From NCBI GenBank assembly GCA_030425615.1, contig JAUIAI010000001.1:1-31531 (forward strand): 31,531 nt of DNA, written 5' to 3'. The translations under genes and the position numbers were made by a program. The DNA comes from Gammaproteobacteria bacterium. GTDB taxonomy: Bacteria; Pseudomonadota; Gammaproteobacteria; Burkholderiales; Burkholderiaceae_E. Shown piece by piece: positions 6,775 through 13,114 of this stretch (positions are counted from its first letter, which is position 1; every line of letters starts with the position of its first letter). The notes beneath the pieces were generated by a model that was given only the letters and a program-made list of their open reading frames with translations, did no database searches and was not told the DNA's origin.

Positions 6775-7217
6775 TGGAGCGGTTTCCCCTGGATTTCGAT
6801 GCCCTGGAGAAGGGGCAGACTATCCATACGCAGGAGATAGAGGCGATTTATGGGATTCCGAAGGACGACCGGCAATTCCGTTTCAAGCTCATGGCGTTGC
6901 GAACTCAGATCGAGCATGAGCGGAGCGATCTGCTTGTTCGGGAGACGCGCGATGCACTTCGCATCATGACTGATCGGGAGGCGGACGAGTACCTCGAAGG
7001 CCAGACCGACAAATCGGTGAGCAGACTCAAGAGGACAGCTGCTCGCACGCTTCGCGTTGATCGTTCGGACTTTACGGATGCCGAGCGGCGGCTCTCAGAG
7101 TCTCGGAGTCGGAAAGCGACGATGATCGCGATGTTTGCCGAGAAGGGGCGTCGTGAATCTCGGAAGCAATTGGCCGAGGCGAAGCAGGCATTCATCGCCG
7201 AGAGTGCGACGGACTAA
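6774..7217 (+). CDS. Alpha-helical partner protein of the RAMP gene (147 aa)
   Basis: TGATG coupling to the RAMP stop; MERFPLDFDALEKGQTI...LRIMTDREADEY...VDRSDFTDAERR; basic and helical. Confidence 0.8.
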   Translation: MERFPLDFDALEKGQTIHTQEIEAIYGIPKDDRQFRFKLMALRTQIEHERSDLLVRETRDALRIMTDREADEYLEGQTDKSVSRLKRTAARTLRVDRSDFTDAERRLSESRSRKATMIAMFAEKGRRESRKQLAEAKQAFIAESATD

Positions 7218-7220
7218 CCG

Positions 7221-7385
7221 ATCGGACTGGATAGGAGCGGAGAGGAGAGGACTGGACGGCAGAGGAAAGGATGGCAGGGGAGGGCAACGGAGCGGAGAGG
7301 AGAGGAATGGAGCGGATCGGACGGCATGTGATCGGACCGGCAGGGAACGGATGGGAGCGCAGCGGATAGGAGCGGAAAGCAATGG
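7221..7385 (+). repeat. Phased pentamer array (A-NN-GG)x33, i.e. GGA/NN alternation; candidate guide-RNA (vrRNA-like) locus
   Basis: 33 consecutive pentamers with no indel. Position 1 is A in 32/33, position 4 is G in 32/33, position 5 is G in 27/33 (else C), and positions 2-3 vary. Fills the gap from the TAA at 7215-7217 to the ATG at 7382. Confidence 0.92.
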
Positions 7386-7546
7386 ACTTTCACGAAAGAC
7401 GGATTCTGTACTACTCGAACTTGCTGGCGAAGCCGGCAGTAGACGAATGGGCCAGGGGGATCATGGGGGCGGCAGCGATGGACTACGCCAGGTCGAAAGT
7501 CGGGTGGCCGAGTCTCCGGGTGGTCCGTGACGACGAAGAGGAGTGA
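7382..7546 (+). CDS. Hypothetical protein (54 aa, MDFHERRILYYSNLL...LRVVRDDEEE)
   Basis: Translated by hand; in-frame TAGs within the array prevent upstream extension. Confidence 0.6.
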   Translation: MDFHERRILYYSNLLAKPAVDEWARGIMGAAAMDYARSKVGWPSLRVVRDDEEE

Positions 7547-7706
7547 CGCCATTGAGCGCCGCGCCGACCGCTTGATGCGCATGGTCGACGACTTCCTGGG
7601 CGAGCCCTCGACGAAGTGGCTGAACGATGCGCGGATCGAGATTCTCGGCGGCTTGCTCGAGCGGATCGAGCTGGCGATCGCCGAAGCGAAGGAGCGGACG
7701 TTTTGA
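7527..7706 (+). CDS. Hypothetical helical protein (59 aa, GTG start)
   Basis: Translated by hand: MTTKRSDAIERRADRLMRMVDDFLGE...; start is uncertain. Confidence 0.55.
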   Translation: MTTKRSDAIERRADRLMRMVDDFLGEPSTKWLNDARIEILGGLLERIELAIAEAKERTF

Positions 7707-7900
7707 GCATTCGAGAAGAGCTGGCGTCGCGTCGGCCGGGCAATCGCAAGCTGACGGACGAGGCGCTTGAGAGCGCGATCGGACTTCGTGACGCGGGGAG
7801 TGCGTGGAGGACGATCGGCACGCTTCTCGGCGTCGACGAATCGACGGTGCGCCGCGCAGTCGAGCGGTATCGCGCCAAGCGGGCGCGGGAGGGGGCGTGA
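7703..7900 (+). CDS. Small HTH DNA-binding protein (65 aa, TTG start)
   Basis: AIGLRDAGSAWRTIGTLLGVDESTVRRAV HTH; AAGGAG SD; TTGA overlap. Confidence 0.75.
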   Translation: MSIREELASRRPGNRKLTDEALESAIGLRDAGSAWRTIGTLLGVDESTVRRAVERYRAKRAREGA

Positions 7901-8604
7901 TGCGTGCTGTTGAGTTCACGAAGGAGCACGTAGAGCGATTTCGCGACCGCTTCCCTGCGACATTCTCGCAGGACGAGTGCTGGGAGTGGCCCGGTTCCCG
8001 CTTCACGTCAGGCTACGGTCGGGTGCATCTGCGAATGGATGGGGTTGACAGAACGCTCAAGGCACATCGTATCGCCTACGTCCTGTTTAAGGGGTCGCTG
8101 TCTACCGACGAACTCGTTCGGCACACATGCGATAACCCACCATGTGCCAATCCGCGCCACCTCCTGAAAGGCACGCCGGCGGATAACTCGCGCGATGCGA
8201 TGGAGCGAGATCGTCTGCCTAGAGGCGAGAGTCATGGGCGGGCAAAGGTGTCGGAGCGTGACGTGATCGACGCACGCTATCAGGCTGCGGTTGGACGGCC
8301 GGTTCCTTCGATTTCTCGATGCCTCGGCGTCGATCCTGTCAACGTGCGCGCTTTGCTCCGTGGCGAGATATGGGCTCGCGTTCCGATGCCTTCCGGCGTT
8401 GGTGTTGTCGAAGGAATCGAGTGGCCTGAGATCAAACTCCAAGGTTCCCGGCATGGTGGCGCGAAGCTGGAAGAGTCGGACGTGTTGGAGATCCGTGAGC
8501 GCACCGGAGACGGAGAGTCCCTGAGTGCAGTTGCTCGGGACTATGGGGTGACTCCGCAGCTTATCTGGCGAATCCATCACCGGAAGTCATGGACGCATAT
8601 CTGA
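7900..8604 (+). CDS. HNH endonuclease with two C-terminal HTH-like DNA-binding repeats (234 aa)
   Basis: CWEW.G....GYG...AHRIAY...VRHTCDNPPCANPRHL..GT..DN, followed by two G..HG.AK..E.DV...R repeats. Confidence 0.9.
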   Translation: MRAVEFTKEHVERFRDRFPATFSQDECWEWPGSRFTSGYGRVHLRMDGVDRTLKAHRIAYVLFKGSLSTDELVRHTCDNPPCANPRHLLKGTPADNSRDAMERDRLPRGESHGRAKVSERDVIDARYQAAVGRPVPSISRCLGVDPVNVRALLRGEIWARVPMPSGVGVVEGIEWPEIKLQGSRHGGAKLEESDVLEIRERTGDGESLSAVARDYGVTPQLIWRIHHRKSWTHI

Positions 8605-8981
8605 TGGCGAAGCTCTACGAACTCACGATCGAGATCCCCGGCCTTCCCGACTCTCAAGTGTCGGCAGGGAAGTCACATTGGCGCGCACGACAGGCGGCTG
8701 CGAAACGGTGGTACAAGCGCGTTGCGGCCGTGTGCGTTGGGGCTGAGCCGCCTGAGCCGTTGCAGTTAGCGAGAGTCACCTACGAGAGGCACAGCACAAC
8801 GGAGCCTGATTTCGGAAATCTGGTGAGTGGCATGAAGCATCTCGAGGACGGACTTGTTCGGTGCGGTGTCCTAGCCGATGACAAGCCCAGCAACTATGAG
8901 GGCGGAGCTCCCGTCTACCGCTGGGTCAAAGCGAAGCGCGGCGAAGGCCATGTGCGCATTCGCGTGGAGGAGTGCGAGTGA
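8604..8981 (+). CDS. rusA: RusA-like Holliday junction resolvase (125 aa)
   Basis: PDFGNLVSGMKHLEDGLVRCGVLADD resembles the RusA DxDNxxKxxxDxL...DD motif. Confidence 0.75.
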   Translation: MAKLYELTIEIPGLPDSQVSAGKSHWRARQAAAKRWYKRVAAVCVGAEPPEPLQLARVTYERHSTTEPDFGNLVSGMKHLEDGLVRCGVLADDKPSNYEGGAPVYRWVKAKRGEGHVRIRVEECE

Positions 8982-9229
8982 AGACCCCGCATCACATCCA
9001 CCTCGGCGGACAGGCCGGCGTCATGCTTTGCGTCGAGCTCCCCGATGGACGCCGCGTGCTCCAGGCGGGCGGAGTCGATGTGATCGACGCGGAGCAGGCA
9101 CAGGCGCTCGTAGGAGAGCTTCAGCGGGTACTCCCGTGGCTCGACCGCACGAATGTCTCGAGGGCCACACAGGACGGCTGGGAGCAGCAGAGAGGCGGCG
9201 TCGAGATCGGGACGCGGAGGGAGGCGTGA
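8978..9229 (+). CDS. Hypothetical protein (83 aa, GTG start)
   Basis: GTGA and TGATG overlaps within a coupled operon. Confidence 0.65.
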   Translation: MKTPHHIHLGGQAGVMLCVELPDGRRVLQAGGVDVIDAEQAQALVGELQRVLPWLDRTNVSRATQDGWEQQRGGVEIGTRREA

Positions 9230-9450
9230 TGGTGCGCGAATTCTGGCACGAGTACGACCACAAGGGGCGGCTGGTCATCAAGGTTCGGGAGCGCACTGGC
9301 TTCTGGGAGCGGAAGATGGTCGCCTACGTCGAAGAGATCGAGGGCGGCACGTTCTGGCGAAATGTGGAGACGGGAGATTCCGTGGACGCAGGGAAGACCA
9401 TCTGGCTCATGGATCGAGCGTGGAAGATCAGGGAGGACTCTGATGGCTAG
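9229..9450 (+). CDS. Hypothetical protein (73 aa, MVREFWHEY...)
   Basis: GGAGG SD and coupled start. Confidence 0.7.
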   Translation: MVREFWHEYDHKGRLVIKVRERTGFWERKMVAYVEEIEGGTFWRNVETGDSVDAGKTIWLMDRAWKIREDSDG

Positions 9451-9628
9451 AACTATCCTGCTCAACTACGAGACCGACTCGCTCGAGCGGTTTCGCGAAG
9501 TGGGCGAGATCCTCGCCAGGGTCGATCGAGCCGGTGTTCCCGTTCACGAGGCGATGGGAGAGCCCGAGCCCCCGGCGCCCACCGTGCCCTCGATCTTCGC
9601 CCGGCTCATGGGGCAGGGGGAGAGCTAG
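9443..9628 (+). CDS. Hypothetical protein (61 aa, MARTILLNY...)
   Basis: GGAGG SD and 8-bp overlap with the upstream gene. Confidence 0.65.
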   Translation: MARTILLNYETDSLERFREVGEILARVDRAGVPVHEAMGEPEPPAPTVPSIFARLMGQGES

Positions 9629-9870
9629 TGGCAGCGCGCTACAAGGGACCGGATCGAGGGACGGAGCACAAGCGAGTCAACGGCTCGGCGGTGGGGAGCA
9701 ACACCCAGAACGAACGCTACGAGGTCCACGTCCGCTGCCGAGAGTGCGACGCCCCGTTCTCGTTCTGGAAGTGGACCCACCGAAAGCGCGCCGATCAGCC
9801 CGACCTGCGAGTCTGCGCTCACTGCGCCGCGCTCAAGTGGGCAGCCCAGGGAAATCGCCCTGTCTCCTGA
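9628..9870 (+). CDS. Small zinc-ribbon protein (80 aa)
   Basis: CREC...CAHC; coupled start. Confidence 0.65.
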   Translation: MAARYKGPDRGTEHKRVNGSAVGSNTQNERYEVHVRCRECDAPFSFWKWTHRKRADQPDLRVCAHCAALKWAAQGNRPVS

Positions 9871-9904
9871 TTGTGTTTGCGATACAGCCCAAGCCGGGAA
9901 TCCT
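9869..9904 (+). promoter_or_regulatory. Putative late promoter, copy 1 (GATTGTGTTTGCGATACAG-N11-AATCCT)
   Basis: 18/19 identical to 12156-12174, with an identically spaced ATCCT; lies at the start of the packaging operon. Confidence 0.55.
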
Positions 9905-9929
9905 CTCCGAGACTCAGGGAGAGCATTCT

Positions 9930-10256
9930 ATGGCGGCACGGAAGAAGCGAGCAGCGCGAAAGGTCGAGAGCGAGACCAAGCCGGTCACGCAGACCCTTCG
10001 CGAATTCATCGGGTTCAAGGTCCCCAGCGCGGACAAGCGGCCCGAAGCGTGGCACGGCATCCTCGTCGCCAGAGCCAACGGCGCTCAGATCCCGCGAGAC
10101 CTGCGGGTCTACGACGAGAGCCGCTTCACCGGCGAGAAGCGCGTGGCCCAAGTGCAGGCGCTCTCCTACATCGACGTGCCGGTCGAAGACGCCGCCCGCA
10201 TCGTGCTCAAGGCTGCGATGGACGAGCATCGCGGCGAGAAACACTGCGACTGGTAG
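9930..10256 (+). CDS. Hypothetical protein preceding terminase (108 aa)
   Basis: GGGAG SD, ATG at 9930, basic N-terminus. Confidence 0.75.
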   Translation: MAARKKRAARKVESETKPVTQTLREFIGFKVPSADKRPEAWHGILVARANGAQIPRDLRVYDESRFTGEKRVAQVQALSYIDVPVEDAARIVLKAAMDEHRGEKHCDW

Positions 10257-10262
10257 AGCCGT

Positions 10263-10559
10263 ATGGCGGGTAAACAACCCACCAGAACCGGCAAGGGCAA
10301 GAGCGTCAAGGGTCAGGCGAACGGTGGCGGCCGGCCTAAAGGCTCGGTGAATCGAGTCACGAAGGCCGTCAAGGAAGCTCTTCGCGCCTCGCTCGAAGCC
10401 GGCGACGGCGCCGAGGCTTTCTTCCTGGGCCTCAAGCGCGACGATCCGAAGACCTACGCAGGCCTGATCGGCAAGCTCATCCCCAACGAAGTCATCGCCG
10501 ACGTGAAGACCGAGAACGTGGTGAAGATCGTCGACCTGACCGGCTCGAAGGCGAAGTGA
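10263..10559 (+). CDS. terS: Terminase small subunit
   Basis: GGGRPKGSVNRVTKAVKEAL motif; directly upstream of TerL. Confidence 0.8.
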   Translation: MAGKQPTRTGKGKSVKGQANGGGRPKGSVNRVTKAVKEALRASLEAGDGAEAFFLGLKRDDPKTYAGLIGKLIPNEVIADVKTENVVKIVDLTGSKAK

Positions 10560-12028
10560 GCGGCGTCGAGTACCGCATCGGGATGCCGCAGTATCCGGTG
10601 CTTAACGCCTTCATGGCGGACCGCAGCCGTGTCGCCCTCATCATGGGGCCGCTCGGCTCGGGGAAGACGTACGCGGCCATCCAGCGTCTTCTCGTGACGA
10701 TGTACGAGCAGGAGCCGAACGACGAGGGCGTCAGGCTCTCGCGCTTCTACGCCATCCGGAACACCTACCCGGATCTCACATCGACCACGATCCGCGACTT
10801 CCGCGAAGTGTTCACCGATCAGCTGGGAAACATGAAGATGGGCAGCCTCGAGCCGCCCACGTTTCACGTCTCGTTCCGTATGGAGGATGGGACGCGGGTC
10901 AAGTCCGAGGTGATTTTCCTCGCCCTTGATCGCGAGGACGCGGTGAAGAAGCTGCGCGGCTCGCAGGCGACCGGATTCTGGTTGAACGAGACGAAGGAGC
11001 TCGTGAAGCCGATTCTCGACATGGCCGACCTTCGGCATGGCCGGTATCCCTCGCTCGCTGCAGGCGGCGTGAAGCCGACGTGGCACGGGATCATCGGCGA
11101 CACGAACGCGCCGGACGAGGACCACTGGTACTACAAGCTGGCCGAGGAGGATCGGCCCGAGGGATGGCGATTCTTCCGGCAGCCTGGTGGCCTCGAGCGG
11201 ACAGGGACGAAGGATCACAATGGGCGCGAAATCTGGGACGTGAACCACGACGCCGAGAACCTCGCCAACCTGCCCGATGGCTACTACGAACGGGGCCAAG
11301 CGGGTAAGACCGATGCCTGGATCGCGATCAATCTCGCGAACGAGTACGGCTTCGTGTCCGATGGCAAGCCCGTGCATCCCGAGTTCATCGACTCGGTGCA
11401 TGTCGCGCAGGAGGAGATTCCCTACGACCCGCAGCTGCCGCTGATCCTGGGTATCGACTTCGGGCGGACGCCGGCTGCAGCCATCGTGCAGTACGTCCCG
11501 CAGTGGGGGCGATTTCTCGTGATCGACGAGCTCGTGACCAGCGACATGAGCCAAGCGGTATTCGGGCCGGAGCTCAAGCGGTACATCGCTACAAACTACC
11601 CCGGGGCGAAGGTCCGCGGGTGGTCGGACCCAGCGGGTGAGGGGCGCGGGCAGGCGACCGAGGACACGCCCCGTCAGGTACTCGAGGCTGCAGGTGTCCC
11701 CTGCGATCCGGCGCCCTCGAATGCGGTCATTCTGCGCCGCGCTGCTGTGGCGAACCCTTGCGGCCGGATCTGCGGCGATGGGCGCCCTGCGCTGCTTGTG
11801 TCCCCGAAGGCGAAGATGATCCGCAAGGGCCTCGCGGGGGGGTTCCAGTTCCGCCGGCTCAAGGTGGCGGGCGACGAGCGGTACACGGACGAGCCCGACA
11901 AGAACGTCTACTCGCACCCGGTCGAGGCGCTCGAGTACGCGCTGCTGGGCGAAGGCGAGGGGCAGGCTGCGCTGCTGCCGGCCGACTACGACGACGATGC
12001 GCCGGTGCAGGAATATGCCATCATGTGA
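10556..12028 (+). CDS. terL: Terminase large subunit
   Basis: Walker A GPLGSGKT, Walker B-like FWLNE, GDTNAP coupling motif, nuclease motifs LGIDFGRTPAA and SHPVEALEY. Confidence 0.95.
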   Translation: MSGVEYRIGMPQYPVLNAFMADRSRVALIMGPLGSGKTYAAIQRLLVTMYEQEPNDEGVRLSRFYAIRNTYPDLTSTTIRDFREVFTDQLGNMKMGSLEPPTFHVSFRMEDGTRVKSEVIFLALDREDAVKKLRGSQATGFWLNETKELVKPILDMADLRHGRYPSLAAGGVKPTWHGIIGDTNAPDEDHWYYKLAEEDRPEGWRFFRQPGGLERTGTKDHNGREIWDVNHDAENLANLPDGYYERGQAGKTDAWIAINLANEYGFVSDGKPVHPEFIDSVHVAQEEIPYDPQLPLILGIDFGRTPAAAIVQYVPQWGRFLVIDELVTSDMSQAVFGPELKRYIATNYPGAKVRGWSDPAGEGRGQATEDTPRQVLEAAGVPCDPAPSNAVILRRAAVANPCGRICGDGRPALLVSPKAKMIRKGLAGGFQFRRLKVAGDERYTDEPDKNVYSHPVEALEYALLGEGEGQAALLPADYDDDAPVQEYAIM

Positions 12029-12030
12029 GC

Positions 12031-12156
12031 ATGGTGAAGCTCTTCGCCGCCTTCGTCGCCGGCTGGTGCGTCTGCGTGATCGTCGCCGCCTGGCGCAACC
12101 GGGTGAACCGGACCCCCACAGAGGTCTACACCCTGAGCGGGAAGCGCCGCCGCTAG
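12031..12156 (+). CDS. Small single-TM protein (41 aa)
   Basis: MVKLFAAFVAGWCVCVIVAAW followed by a basic tail. Confidence 0.55.
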   Translation: MVKLFAAFVAGWCVCVIVAAWRNRVNRTPTEVYTLSGKRRR

Positions 12157-12191
12157 ATTGTGCTTGCGATACAGACGGTCCCGCCCATCCT
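12156..12191 (+). promoter_or_regulatory. Putative late promoter, copy 2 (GATTGTGCTTGCGATACAG-N11-CATCCT)
   Basis: Near-identical to 9869-9904; the GTG start lies 6 nt after the putative -10. Confidence 0.55.
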
Positions 12192-12197
12192 TCCGGT

Positions 12198-12590
12198 GTG
12201 GGTGAGAGTCTGTTCAAGCGCCTCGACGGAGGCGCCGAGATCGCACGAGCGGTCTCCGATGCGGAGGCGTGGGGGTTCCCGCGCTCGGTCCAGCCTCGCG
12301 AGGTAGCCGAGGCCGACTGGTTCCGTCTCGGCCCCTCGGTGGTGTTCTGGTTCGAGCACTACGCCGAAGTCCCGATCTACTTCGTGCACATCGCTGTGGA
12401 GCCCGAGGCTCGCAAGCGGTGGCCTGTGCGTCCGTGGCTGCGCTTCATCGAGCAGTACGCGCGGGATGCCGGGGCCGACGCCTTGGGCTTCGTGCGCTGT
12501 GAGGGCTCGGAGCAGTCGGACGACTACCTACGCAGACTCAACTGGGGAGAGACCGAGTACGGCCGCGTGAAGCCGTTGGAGGCTGCCTAG
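12198..12590 (+). CDS. GNAT-fold-like hypothetical protein (130 aa)
   Basis: YFVHIAVEPEARKRW...FIEQYARDAG...LRRLNW resembles acetyltransferase motifs A and B. Confidence 0.55.
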   Translation: MGESLFKRLDGGAEIARAVSDAEAWGFPRSVQPREVAEADWFRLGPSVVFWFEHYAEVPIYFVHIAVEPEARKRWPVRPWLRFIEQYARDAGADALGFVRCEGSEQSDDYLRRLNWGETEYGRVKPLEAA

Positions 12591-13114
12591 TGGGTGGAAT
12601 CGGCGAACTCATCATTGGGGCGGTTACGGGTGGACTCGCGGGGACGGCGGGCGCCGGTGCTACGGGAGCCGCGACGGCTGGCGCGGCGACGGGGGCTGCA
12701 GCTACCTCAGGCGCGGCGGCCACAGCTGGGACGGCTGTCGGCACCGCAGGATCGGCCCTGTCGGCTGCTGCTGCGGGTCAGACCGCGGCGGCTGGCGCTG
12801 GCGTGACGGCTGCCGGTGCTGGTACTGCCGGCGCGGCGGGCGCTGGAGCGGGCGCAGCCACAACCACAGCCCTCCAGTCGCTCGCTCCCGCTCTCCTCGT
12901 AGGCGGAGCATCGACCGGTCTCACACTCGGCCTGACGCCCACTCCCGGCGGCCCCACGATCCCGAAGAAGCCCAACCTCGACAAGACTGCCGCGCGTCGC
13001 CCACCGGGCATCGCAGCCAACATCCTCTCGAACCAGGGGCGCCGGTCGGGCAATAGCCTGGGTGGCGGCGGTGGTGGCAGCGTCGCGAAGCGCACGCTTG
13101 GCGGGGGTGCGTGA
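12590..13114 (+). CDS. Gly/Ala/Thr-rich pre-portal virion protein (174 aa)
   Basis: Low-complexity GAAT-rich sequence ending KRTLGGGA; sits just before the portal, like T7 gp7.3-type proteins. Confidence 0.7.
   Translation: MGGIGELIIGAVTGGLAGTAGAGATGAATAGAATGAAATSGAAATAGTAVGTAGSALSAAAAGQTAAAGAGVTAAGAGTAGAAGAGAGAATTTALQSLAPALLVGGASTGLTLGLTPTPGGPTIPKKPNLDKTAARRPPGIAANILSNQGRRSGNSLGGGGGGSVAKRTLGGGA

Noticed and set aside
7221-7385. Array as a CRISPR array or a simple microsatellite
   Set aside because: There are no 23-50 bp repeats with unique spacers. The unit is 5 nt with two hypervariable positions and no phase slips, unlike a slippage VNTR.
7386-7447. Hairpins after the array (CTTT-CACG-AAAG; GCTGGC-GAA-GCCGGC) as a terminator
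   Set aside because: They lie inside the plausible 54-aa ORF 7382-7546 and have no U-tract; a processing role cannot be supported from sequence alone.
7095-7582. Track ORFs crossing the pentamer array (7095..7382 -, 7135..7530 +, 7214..7582 -) giving SSPLL / GxRxG repeat peptides
   Set aside because: These are the expected translations of a 5-nt repeat. They overlap better-supported genes and lack SD sites, so the array is better read as non-coding.
12590-13114. Gly/Ala-rich repeats as collagen-like or DNA repeat element
   Set aside because: No Gly-X-Y periodicity and no nucleotide-level tandem repeat; an ordinary low-complexity virion protein.
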